NCBI GenBank assembly: GCA_028534125.1 | Contig: CM052816.1 | Location: 81,284,001 to 81,348,000, forward strand | Length of the DNA stretch: 64,000 bases | From: Lama glama | Lineage: Eukaryota | Direction: 5' to 3' | Translations under genes and position numbers: made by a program | The notes under the pieces: model-generated | Told to the model about the DNA's origin: nothing | The model's input: only the letters and a program-made list of their open reading frames with translations | Databases searched by the model: none | In this document: positions 53,150 to 64,000 of the stretch, piece by piece | How positions within the stretch are numbered: position 1 is the stretch's first letter | Layout: each line of letters starts with the position of its first letter

Positions 53150-53980
53150 AAACTTTATATTGAAGTAAATATATATACAGAAAAATGCACAAATCATGAG
53201 TGGACCTCTCAATGAGTATTTATAAATTACCCATTATTATCTAATTTATATATTCATAAATTAAATTTTTGTAATTACCCATCTCCTCTGATGGACCCTA
53301 ATATTACCAGCTCCACAGAACTCCCCTCACACCCCTCCCAGTCTCTTCCCACTCAGTATCCTGACTTATAAAACCAGAAATTAACTTTGACTGTTTTTAA
53401 GTAAAACTTCATGTAAAAAATTATAATTATGTGAGGTGATGGATGTGTTAACTAACCTTACTGTGGTAATCATTTTACAATATATATAGTATTCAATAAG
53501 TGTGTGAAATCATCTAATTGTACACCTTAAACACACATGTCAATTATATCTCAATAAAACTGAAAAGAGAAAAAACTTCATGTAAATGACATCATATAAT
53601 TCTGTACTTATTTATATCTGTCTTTTTTTCTCAACATTATATCTGTGAGAACCATTTATGCCATTGCATGTATCAGTGATTCACTCTCATTGCTGATACT
53701 ATTATTTTGTACGAATATAATAGAATTTATTTTACCCGTTTGACTATTGATGAGTAGTTGAGTAATTCCCAATTTTGGACTATATGAATAGTTGTCCTCA
53801 TGAATATTCTTGTACATATTTGTTATTATATATACACATTCCTGTAGGTGTATCTAGGAGTAGTAATCCTGGAACATAAGTATGTATTTGTTGGGCTTTA
53901 GTGGATACTGTCAGTTTTCCAAAACAGTTAAAAAAATTGGCACTCCCTCTGTAGTTATGAGTTGCTCCACACTCTCATGT
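53150..53980 (-). mobile_element. Ancient L1 with a sense L1 3'-end insertion at 53418-53571
   Basis: Inner element has perfect 15-bp TSD aaaacttcatgtaaa 53403-53417 / 53572-53586. Confidence 0.7.
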
Positions 53981-54689
53981 TTAGACATCTAAATATCTTC
54001 TTCTAACCCCACCTTACATAGAATCTTGCCCTCCGGGCTTTGAGAAACTAGAAAGGTTGGAGGGTGAGCCCCTCAGCATTAGAGTCCTCTCTGAATGTAC
54101 TCAGGACTGTCACTTAGGGGCGTAGTTGGCAAGTGAGTCACAGCCAAGCCCAGCCATCTCCATGGCATCTCAGGGGGAGGATGACTCAATTCCAAGGACC
54201 TTTAGGCAGGGAAGGGGTTGTTCCAGTGCTCCTGGCCTCCAGCCTAGCTGGGCTGCTGGAGTAATGGGGAGCTGGCTGCGCAGGTGGAGAGCGGCGTAGG
54301 CAGACGAAAGGGAAATGAGGGGGCTGTCTGTCAGCTAGAAGCGGGCTCAAGGTAGGTGGGTGGGAGTAGGGGGAGCCAGGGTACAAATGGCTGCATTTCC
54401 AAGATATATGCAAATCAGATGTACTTAGAACCAGGTTTTTAACTGAAAAATTAATTTACTATACAAGGAAAACATTTTTTTCCCCACTACCACAAAAGGG
54501 CATATAATGAAAAAATGAAAGTCTCTTTTGCCTCTTAGATTGCCAGTCCTCCAGGCGCCTGCCCCAAAGAAAGGCACAGTCCTTTCAGGAGCAGTCTGCG
54601 CTTACAAAAGATAGACACCGTGGTCTTCAATAAGTCATTCAACTTCTCTGAACTTCATCATCTTCATCATTAGAGTGATGGGGCTGGGT

Positions 54690-54855
54690 ATATTGTTCCC
54701 CAAACTTCTCTGCTGATAAGAATCACTTGAGGAAACTTGAACAACAGAAGGCTTCCCAGGCCATGGGTCCTGGGATTCTGATTTAGATTACACTGGGATT
54801 CAAGAATCTGCACTATTAGAAGGTTCTTATCATCAGAAAGTTGAAGGAAACACTG
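54690..54855. mobile_element. MER5A1-like MITE
   Basis: tgttccccaaactt...ctgataagaatcact...ttcttatcatcag...ggaaacactg (internal inverted repeats). Confidence 0.6.
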
Positions 54856-55479
54856 GATTTAGAGTAATTTTATTGTAATTTTACTTGGTTTGCCTGGGGC
54901 AAGGGGATGGTGGTAATGAAGGGTGCAGACCCTAAAGAGCCACTGTATTTCAGAGTCACCTGAAAAATCGTGTTTTTCCTGGTATTCCTGACATAAAGCA
55001 GGATAAGGGCATTTAATGTATGTGCAAAGTTGGGGTTATATTATTCATACTAACCATTAATAATAAATTCATGACATGAAACTGGCTTTGGACTGAAAGT
55101 CAGGAGATCTGTCTGGATACGGCACTGTCGCTAAGGAGCTGTGTGATCTTGGAAAAGTCAGTACCTCTCTAGACCTGTTTCCTTATGTATACAGTGGAAG
55201 GGTGGTTTAGGCAATACCTTATTTTAATGATTCTAAGGTACGCGGCTTGGGTGTTTTTTTTTCACATTTTAACTTCTTTGGACTTGGAATGTATCTTATA
55301 ATCAATGATATCTTTCAAATATTATTGGCAGAGTGTTTTTCTTTGCTGTTTTCACAATCTATAGCAAATTTGAATCAATTAAACACCATACCTAGAAATT
55401 TACTTCCAGCCTGGGAGGCCTCTGTGCCCTGGTAAAGATTGAACATCTGATCATGGAACATCAATTGACTGTGAGAACT

Positions 55480-56615
55480 GTTCATCATGAACTGGGTATT
55501 ATCTCATCCTGCAAACAGTAAAAGTAAATGCATACAGCAGTCTTCCAAATAGAAGTAGCATATATGTATGAGACCAGGCTGGTGCAGTCCAGGAGGCACA
55601 AATCAACTATCACAAGCTGTTGGCCCAGAATCCCATGTTACCTGCTCCTATTACCTTGTGCTCTCTTCCTCCAGCCATCTTTATAGCCTCATTGGGAATT
55701 CCCCTTGACCAGTTAATGGAAGAGGCAAATAAGGGAGAATCAAGGGCCTGAATCTTGGATCGATCTGCATGGCATACCAGTTTCAGCTGAAATTGGACAA
55801 CTGCTACCCTACTGTCCCACTCAGGGTGACCCTGAAATACAGTGGAAAAGAGAAGTCCTCTGAGAGGGCAGGATTTGGGGTGTACACCTTATTATCTACT
55901 TCATATATAAGGAACAATAGACTGAGTACATATCTATAGTTATTTATGAGCACTCACAGCTGATCAGGGACTGCAAAAGAACAGGCTAGAAAATTGTGAC
56001 ATGAAGGTCTAGGGGAGAGGTACATGGATGGACCCTTCAAAACATCACTGAATGTGAAAATGTTCGTATCTCATGTGCAGTGAACACAATGATGGCCCTC
56101 AAACCTAATATATGTTCTCTTATATGGCAAGAGGAACTTTGCAGATTATCCTGGATTACCCAGGTGGGCCACAAGGGTCTGTATAAGAAGAACACAGCAA
56201 TGTCTGAATCAGAAGGATTTGAAGATCTCCTACTGGTGACTTTGAAGATGAAGGAAGGGACCTTGAGCCAAGGAATGCAGTGACCTCTAGAAGCTGGGAG
56301 AGGCAAGGAAATGAATTCTCCTCTAGAGCCTTCAGAAGGAATGTGGCCCAGTAGCCACTTTGATTTTAGCCCAATGAGACTTCTGAACTACAAAATTGTG
56401 ATGTATAAATGTGTTGTTTTAAACCAGGAAGCCTGTGGCAATTTGTTATAGCAGCAATAGGAAACTAATATATCATGTAAATTCTCACCAGAGGGTGCTC
56501 CCAGAGGAGGACGCACTCCATTAATCAGGCAGACAACATGACTCATTTCCAGATGTCAGTCAGCCTCTTTTCCCAGCTACCCTAGTGCTAGCTTGATGGA
56601 CCCAGGAATAAAGTG
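55480..56615 (+). mobile_element. Decayed ERVL internal pol remnant (RNase H to start of integrase), split by MLT1D
   Basis: Fragmentary translations RAW..DRSA, WTTATL, LKYSGKEKSS, GRGTWMD, VKMFVS|HVNSHQR, NQADNMT, DVSQPLFPATLVLA align with ERVL Pol motifs (AWFTDGSA, LKDSGEGKSSQWAEL, WGRGMWMDL, VKIFVSHVNAHQR). Confidence 0.75.
56076..56472 (+). mobile_element. MaLR LTR (MLT1D-like)
   Basis: Perfect 5-bp TSD tcatg 56071-56075 / 56473-56477; ends gcagcaataggaaactaatata. Confidence 0.9.
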
Positions 56616-56624
56616 TATGTTTAA

Positions 56625-56991
56625 TCACTTAATCATCACCTCAAATTTATCAGGCTAGTACCATTATTATTTTTCCTATTTTATACATGAGGAGACCAAG
56701 TCATAAGGAACTTAAGTTAATTGGCCAAAGTCATACAGTCAGTAAATAGTGGAGCCAGGATTTGAACCTAGATCATCTGACTCTAGTACTGCACTATCCA
56801 AAATGGTGGTCACCAGCCATATATAGGTATTTAGATTTAAATTAAATAAAATGAAAAGTTTAGTTTCTGTCACACTAGCCATATTTCAAGTGCTCAGTAG
56901 CCACATGTGTCTAGTGGCTACCACACTGGAGAGAACAAAGAACATTTCTATCTTTGAAGAAAGTTCTATTGGGCAGTGTTGCTCTAAAGTG
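56625..56991. mobile_element. Antisense MIR (~56625-56790) followed by MER3 hAT MITE (~56787-56991)
   Basis: ggagccaggatttgaacctag; cactagccatatttcaagtgctcagtagccacatgtgtctagtggctacc. Confidence 0.75.
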
Positions 56992-57519
56992 TGGGCTCTA
57001 AACCAATATGCCCTTCAGCGTCTCTCATTAATGATCATACCAAGCTCTAAACCAGATCACAGTGCAGCTTGGACTCTTCTCCAATCCCTTAAATAGCTGT
57101 TCCTTGTCTGCCTCGAGTTCTGCGTGTTCTTGAGATTCTGGAGAATATGGTACTGACACAAAGAAACCCTTACAACACTGGCATTGGCTGCTGAGACTTG
57201 GCAGCAGATGACAGGTGCTAGAGTGTCTAGGTGGCTGAGAGGACTAAAATAGGCTGGCATTTGCTCATGTGCCTGGTACTGTGTCAGGCAGTAGATAGAG
57301 GAGGGTGGAGGAAGGTACCAGAGATCTATATCAGAAAACCATTGCTCTCAGGAAATGAAGGACACACAACTAAGCTCATCTATCTCACAAATAGTTATTT
57401 AGTGCCTACTGTGTCCTTGCCTTGGTCCTAGGCATTGAGAAAATAGTGGCAGATAAAACAGACATACTTCCTCACTCTGTGGAACTTACATTTTTCCCTC
57501 AGGGAAAGAAAAACGTTAA

Positions 57520-58262
57520 GTCAGGAGAATTGAAAATATGTGTCCACATGAAAACTTGTCTTAGTCAGGGTTCTCCAGAGAAAAGAATCCATAAGATATA
57601 CAGTGATATACACAAGAGATTTATTCTAGGAAATGGCTCATGCTGCTATGGAGACTGAGAAGTCCCTGGATAAGCCATCTGCAAGCTGGAGAACCAGGAA
57701 AACTGGTGATGAAATTCAGTCTGAGACTGAAGGCCTGAGAATCAGGACCAATAGTGTACATCCCTGTTGGAGCCATAAGGCCCAAGAACTAGGACCTCCA
57801 AGTCTGAGGGCAAGAGAAGATTGATGTCTCAGCTCTAGTTGTGAGTGAATTCACCTCAAATATCCATCAACTTGTGAATGATAAACAAGATGTGGTATAT
57901 CCAAACAATGGAATGTTATTCAGTCATAAAAAAGGAGTGAAGTCCTGATCCATGCTACAACATAGATGAAACTTGAAAACATAAGACTAAGTGAAAGAAG
58001 CCAGATACAAAAAGCCACATATTGTATAATTCCATTTATATTAAATGTTTAGTATAGACCAATCCATAAAGACAGAGGAAAAGCACAGGAAATGACTACT
58101 AATAGGTATAGGATTTATTACTGGGGTGATGAAAATGTTCTGAAATTAAACAGTGGTGAGAGCTGCACAATTTTGTGAATATACTAAAAACCATAGAACT
58201 GAATATTTTAAAAGGGTGAATCTTACAGCATATAAATCATATCTCAAAAAAATTAAATTGAA
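57520..58262 (+). mobile_element. Old L1 3' region with antisense MLT2 fragment (~57557-57855)
   Basis: gtccacatgaaaactt | tgtcttagtcagggttctccagagaaa... | caaatatccatcaact...catagatgaaacttgaaaacat. Confidence 0.75.
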
Positions 58263-58359
58263 AAAAATTAGTACAATAGGGTGGCATAGATCAGAGATCT
58301 CTGTCTATGCCAAGAGATCCTTTAACACCTATTCTGTCTTGGTGGTAACCAAAAGGATT

Positions 58360-58562
58360 GCACTGAGCACTAGCCATGTGCCAAGAAATCTTCCAGAACT
58401 TTACACGTTTTAATTCATTCAATGCCCAGACAATCATATGAACTAAGTATCACTAGTTCCTGAAGAAACGGAGGCCCAGAAGGTTTATATAACTTGCCCT
58501 AGATCTACATAACTAGTAAATGGTGCAAGTAGGATTTGAACCCACAAAACCTGGCTCTAGAA
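58360..58562 (-). mobile_element. MIR
   Basis: tgaagaaacggaggcccagaaggtttatataacttgccc...aggatttgaaccc. Confidence 0.7.
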
Positions 58563-59479
58563 GAAACCATTATATCATAAACTCTCTTACTGAGATTAAA
58601 TACATCATATTCCACATTAAATTTCCTTTCACACCAGTAGCTGTCACTATGTCTATCAAGGATGCATTTTTATCTCTGTGGATTGCTCTGCTGTCAGATC
58701 CTGGGTCACCATTCTCCGTTAGTCCCTTAATTCTTTCAAAGACCTTCACGTAGCCATCCACTTATCCACCATCCATTGGCCAAAACTCAAGAAAAAACTT
58801 CAACTGGATTCTGAGGAAAATCTTTCCACTTAGTACATCTCTTAGACCACAGAGTTATTCCTCCAAGGGAGGGGAGGAGGACAACAGGGAGGGGAGGGGA
58901 GAGACAGAGAAAAGAAGGGATGGGAAGGGAAGAGTTTAGATAGGCTTGCTTCCTGGTCTTTCACTGTCACACTCCATCAGGAGTTCTTGAACAAAGTCAG
59001 AGTTTGTCCTTTGAACCAGGAGCACTGTCCTACGCCATCTGGCCCTTAGGAACCAGTTGGACATCTGGGTCAGCTCCCTAGCCTGGCTCTGTTGTCCTCC
59101 ACATGCTATCCACCCCACCGCCACCTCCTCCCTGTGCTGGCAGGATCCCAGAATGCCTGCAGTCTGAGTCTCCTTTCCCTTCCTTTATTTATTAGCCCCA
59201 AATGCAAGGACTGTAACTGTCTTTCCAGGGAGAGGATCACCGGTTCCACAGGAGCTTCCTGGCCTCCAGGACAAATGAGGGAGTGGTAGCTGCCTGTCCC
59301 TTGTCTCCCCTCTCATCCCTCCCCATCCAAGTACCTCCCGTTTTATGCCCTGTGGGCTTGGTCTTCCCTTTCCCCTATATAAAAAAAAAAAATTCCCATC
59401 CTTTGGCCCATTTTCGACTGTGACAAGAATGAGTGGTGGCTGGAATAACGGCCAACACTCAAAGAGTCCTTGCAACGAG

Positions 59480-59690
59480 CCAGGCTCTGATCTAGGAGCT
59501 TTACATCTAGGATGCCGTTAAGCCCTACCAACAACCCCCTGCTGTTGACATGACTTTCATCATCTCTATCTACAGAGGAGAAAAGGGAGGCACTAAAAGG
59601 TTGCAGCTGAGGTGAGTCACAGCAGTGAGTGACAGGGCTGAGGTTTGAAGCCAGCTGGGTCCAGCTTGAGAGTCCATGCTCTTACTATGA
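59480..59690 (-). mobile_element. MIR
   Basis: tacagaggagaaaagggaggcac...gggctgaggtttgaagccag...agagtccatgctctta. Confidence 0.6.
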
Positions 59691-59997
59691 CATACTTCTC
59701 TTGGTATAGGGTAGCTTATGTGTGATCCTTTCTGGCTGACGTGTTTGTATTTTAAGAAGGCCTTTCAGGACACCACTTTTTGACTCAACGCTGTGATGAA
59801 AGGCCACTAGGTGTACTTCAGGTAGGTTTAGGGGCAGGCTTTCTCAGGCTAGCTCCACTTTGTCTGGGTCTGCCACTTGACATTCCCTCACTTGCCCTCA
59901 GATGCTAATTAAGGTTCCTATTGATAACCCTGAGGCACTACAGGTTCCTTAACTGCCTTCTGAATCATCCAAGAAAGATTAAGCTGTGAACAGCCTG

Positions 59998-60670
59998 GTT
60001 TAGTCATTAAATGAGTATTATCACCCGGCACCTACTGTTGCACCCTGCCTTCATTAGCCTGTACTTTGATGGGGGAAATATGTATCACTCAAATAACCAC
60101 ACAATAGGTATAAGATTGCAACTGTGACAAAGGCAATTAAGTGCTGAAGCACAAGAAGGATCTGATCCCTCCAAGGGGGTCAGGGAAGGCTGAGGAGGAA
60201 TTGACTGAGTGGAGATCTTACAGCATGAGGTGTAAGCACCAGGTGAAGAGAGGAAGGAAGAACATTCCAGGCGGGGAGAGCATGCAAAGCCCTGGGATGG
60301 AACAGAGCATGGTAAACAGGAGGCCAAGGTAGCTGGAACAGAGAGAATAAGGAGGAAGATGTGGAAAAGGTGGGTGGGCCAGACCACACAGGGCTAGTGG
60401 GCCATGTGGAAGTTTTGCTTCGCCCTAAGAGGGAGGGGAAACACAAATGGGTTTGATCAGATTTGTATTTTGAACCCATCACTCTGGCTGAAATGTGAAT
60501 GACGGTTGTTTTACAGAAATGCTGTCTCGTTTAATTCCCACCACAGTCCTGTGAGGGTTATTGTTACTCCTGTCATACAGGTTCAGAAAGGTTAAATAAC
60601 ATGCCCAAGTCATTCTGCTACCAAATGCCCAGGAAAAGAACCCAAGTCTTCTTGATTCCAAGTCCAAATC
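59998..60670 (-). mobile_element. L2 fragment (~59998-60490) followed by MIR remnant (~60520-60670)
   Basis: gggtcagggaaggc...gaacattccaggcgggg..agcatgcaaagccctgg; gttcagaaaggttaaataacatgcccaag. Confidence 0.6.
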
Positions 60671-61759
60671 AGGGGCTAGTTGAGGCCATTCCAATAGATT
60701 CCCTCTTTGCAGAGTGTACCGTTATAAACAGTTTTCACTGCAGCCACACCTACTCTGACCTCCAGGAACAGTTACCAAAGAGAAGAGGCACGCCTCCCTC
60801 TTTCTAGTTACCTGCTTGCTCATTGGGGTGTGCCCACAGTCCTCTTCCATCCTCTAAAGATCTGCCAAGCAATCAAGCATAAAATTGGCTTACAAAGAAT
60901 CTTCTTGGGCAAGTGATTAGCACCTGTATTTTCTCCTCCAGTTTTTTCCAAATAGCCTGGTAACAGTGCAAATTTATCAAAGCACTTATCAAGTCAGCAC
61001 CTTGAAGGCTTGATTGCTCCATGAAGTTCAAGGCAAATTACCTTTAAAATGCAGTTCTAATAGCCTATGTGTAGGAGATATTTTTTCCCAGCAGCACACT
61101 TGGAGCACAAATAACTCTTCCTGGGGAAACATCAATATTCTCAAAAACAATGCATTGATTTTTCTCAGATATTCTACATTTTCCCTTTTTTGAAATGAAT
61201 AAGAGGATAATTCAGACAGGATCCTAGAACTCGTACCTTCGTAGGAGGTATGGGGGAGCAGAGTTGGCACAAATCAGAACTGAGGTATTGTTTCTGCTCT
61301 GGCATGAGAAGGTGGGATAAAGCCCTAAACTTCATGACTGAGCTCTGATTCACCCTTTGCATTTCTTTTTAATGCTCATTTCCAACATTGAGAGACAAGT
61401 AGCTAAAGGTCTGGAGGATGGGCGTCGAGAAGGTGTGGAAGAGGTGAAATCGAGCACTTAGGCAGGGATAAGGCAGGAAAGAGGCGACGTGGAAGAAAAT
61501 AGTCAGAGGATGGACTGCAAGAGGAAAGAAAATGGCTGACAATGCACAGGGAAAGTAAAGAGGAAATAGTGATAAGCAGGAGGAACAAAGACATGATTGC
61601 ATGGGGAGAGTATCCTTCCGTCTTTACCATGAAACATTTGGCACTCTTTTACCGAGGACTTGATCCAACTCCCTGTCGCTCAACTACAGACTAACCTCCT
61701 GGCTGCCCTTGAGCCCTCCTGCCTTAGGACCCACCATTTGCTGTCTTTCCCCCAACTAT

Positions 61760-62045
61760 CAACCAGGTTTGTCCCCTCACTTCCTCCAGGGCCCTACTCG
61801 ACGGCTGCTCTAACCACATGCTGCATAATAGCACCTCCCTCGCTCTCTAACTTCTTCACGCCGCTTTATTCTTAAAGCTGCAATCAACATTCGACATACC
61901 ATTTACTTGGCTATTGTCTGAATCCCCCTCCCCTTCCCAGAAAGTAAATTCCGAGGGAACAGCGACTTTGTGTCGCTCACTGCTCTATCTTCAATACCCA
62001 GAAAAGTGCCTGACGCTTTGTGGGGGCTTCATACACGTAGGAATC
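61760..62045 (+). mobile_element. L2 3' end
   Basis: ttgtgtcgctcactgctctatcttcaatacccagaaaagtgcctgac. Confidence 0.55.
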
Positions 62046-62502
62046 AAGGAATGGGTGCGGGTGGGTGAAAGGGGCCGGGAAGAGGTATGTTAGAAAGGGG
62101 TGTCCAACGCAATACTACACTTGGCATTCTTTTCTTCTTTCTCTCCTCCCTGTCTTTCCCGCTCCACTCTTTAGAGGCTAAGGACAAGAAGCGGGAATGC
62201 TGGAAATAAGAATACAAATCAGTCCAGCTCAAATCCTGACGAAAAAGTGCACGGGCCAGAAGGACCAAAAGGTAAAGAACAAATGCACACGCAAAAGTGA
62301 AAAGTAAGAAAAAAAGGTTGATGGACGTCGCTCTCTCCGGCCACTCTCCCTGATTGCCCCACTCCCGGCCGGGGGCAGGGGGGCTCGCCTTCGCTACCTC
62401 TGCGGAGGAGGCCGGTCCCGCCTTTCCGGCAGGCCCCACCCCTCACCCCGGCAGCCTCGGCGGAGGCCTGGCACGCGCCCGCGGGAGCCGCGAAGGCGGC
62501 GG

Positions 62503-62524
62503 GGACTACAGCTCCCAGGGTGCC
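62503..62524 (+). promoter_or_regulatory. ACTACAnnTCCCA (ZNF143/THAP11 SBS) motif
   Basis: ggactacagctcccagggtgcc, ~130 bp upstream of the ATG. Confidence 0.75.
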
Positions 62525-62533
62525 AAGCGTGGG

Positions 62534-62545
62534 CGCGCCTGCGCA
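62534..62545. promoter_or_regulatory. NRF1 motif
   Basis: cgcgcctgcgca fits GCGCNTGCGC. Confidence 0.65.
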
Positions 62546-62647
62546 GTGCGGCGGGAGGCGGCGGTCTGTTCTCCGCTGAGGAGGAGCGGGGCAGAGGAGG
62601 GAGGCAGCGGGTGAGAGTTCAGAGTTCAGCAGCAGCAGCCCGAGCCC

Positions 62648-62684
62648 ATGATTCCCATATGCCCTGTAGTTTCTTTCACCTATG
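62648..62684 (+). CDS. ZFR: Zinc finger RNA-binding protein, coding exon 1 ([12 protein letters not shown] + first base of Val)
   Basis: Recognised ZFR N-terminus; donor G|gtgagt at 62685. Confidence 0.95.
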
Positions 62685-62975
62685 GTGAGTATAATGTGTC
62701 CCTCCAGGGTCCCCGCCCGACCCCTTCCCCGGCCCGGGCGGTGGGGAGACGCGGGGGTTGGGGCAGGCTCGGGGGAGGAGGCGGCGGCCGCCACCGGGGC
62801 GTGCGAGTGAGTGAGGGAGTGCGAGGCGGGAGGGGGAGGCGGCGCGGCCGCGGCCCCGGCCGGGCGAGGGCGGCTTCTCACGGCGCCTCTCTTTTTCCCT
62901 TTCCCTCCCTCGGCGTCTCTACCCCTCCGCGCCTCTCCTCCCGCCATGGGACCCGACTCTCCGTGCCCGCTGCAG

Positions 62976-63075
62976 TGCCCAGCCGGCTGGGGGAAGATGC
63001 CAAAATGGCGACCGGCAACTACTTTGGATTCACCCACAGCGGGGCGGCAGCGGCGGCGGCTGCGGCCCAGTATAG
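62976..63075 (+). CDS. ZFR: Zinc finger RNA-binding protein, coding exon 2 ([33 protein letters not shown]); gene continues beyond the window
   Basis: Acceptor tgcag| at 62971-62975, donor AG|gtaac at 63076; phase matches exon 1; peptide matches ZFR as recalled. Confidence 0.95.
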
Positions 63076-64000
63076 GTAACGGCTCCCCGCCCTCTCCCTT
63101 CTCTCCCGTGCTCGCCCCTCAGCCCGGATCCCGCCGACGCGACGCCCCCGCGCCCGCCCCCGCCGGTCCCGAATCCTGGCCCGCGGTGGGCCGGGCCCCG
63201 CGGCCTCTCCGGCCCGCGGCGGACGGCGGCCCCGGTGGGGGCGGGAGCGAGAGATGGCCGAGGCTGGGGGTCGTGGAGGGCCGCTTGGGCCTTCGCCGGC
63301 CCCGCAGCTAAAATGGCCTCCCGCGGCCCCGGAGCGGAGCCTCCACCCCCGCCCGGCGGGTTGAGGGAGGGAGCGAGCCGAGGCCGCGGCCCCCGCGGTC
63401 CCCCCCCCCCACCCCAGGCCCGCCCGGCCAGTCCCCACCTCTGATCCCCTCCCACTTGGGGATGGAGAGGGTGGGCGAGTACACCTCGCGGGGAGTGCCG
63501 AGTCGCACCGCCCACCGGCCTTCTCCGCGCCGCCTCCGCGCACCAGTCCTCGGACGGTGCTCGGCCCCCGGAGCAGATCCCTTGTCGTTCTCTCGGGTGC
63601 TTTCCCCCTCCATCCTGTGGCCTCCCCTGACCCTCCACCCGAGCCCCGGGAACAAACTGCGGATGTCACTGCATTCATTTGGTTCCTTTAGTTTTTCCTT
63701 CAAAGAGAGAGGTAAACATACCAACCACCTGTGAATGGTGTAGTTGGTAGACTGAAAAAGATGGGCGAAGTTTCTCGTGCTGATGAGTCCACAGCCTTGT
63801 TCTAGCTATTGAGTTTAGGCTCCGGGTGGGCCAATAATTCCCCTTGGCTGGTCTTTCCCCTGTGGGGAAAAGAAAAATGCAAGTGAGATATTGTCTTAAG
63901 TGAAACAAGCCATATGAAATCTCTACCTTAAGGGAAGCTCTAATTTCTGAAGTGTCTGTAAGTTCATTATACATCTTATCAAAAGAAAGAAAGACGCTAG

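Larger units (their letters stand above)
62320..63670. promoter_or_regulatory. ZFR: CpG island / ZFR promoter and first introns
   Basis: Abrupt rise in GC and CpG density spanning the first two exons. Confidence 0.92.

Noticed and set aside
62219..63037. 272-aa antisense ORF, and other 130-220 aa ORFs over 62044-63734
   Set aside because: Low-complexity Gly/Ala/Pro/Arg shadows of the GC-rich CpG island; no recognisable domain

Overview
Repeat-rich placental-mammal DNA, most likely camelid, judged from eight copies of a tRNA-Ala-like SINE resembling vic-1 and artiodactyl-type L1 3' ends. About 62 kb is intergenic sequence upstream of a CpG-island promoter. The last ~1.7 kb holds the promoter and first two coding exons of ZFR on the + strand (62648-62684, 62976-63075). 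The intergenic part is a mosaic of L1, L2, MIR, MLT/ERVL/ERV1 LTRs, hAT/Tigger DNA transposons and SINEs, many nested and with readable target-site duplications (TSDs). It also holds three fossils missed by the ORF track: a 5'-truncated UBE2V1 processed pseudogene (~7936-8543), a tailless tRNA-Cys 5'-half retrocopy (28045-28077) and a decayed ERVL pol remnant (~55480-56615). I found no convincing new protein-coding system. The most interesting signals are at the ZFR 5' end: an in-frame, stop-free intron 1, weak versus strong alternative start codons, a candidate distant branch point and a G4 motif. Repeat family names come from recalled consensus sequences, not a database search. Boundaries without a TSD are approximate.
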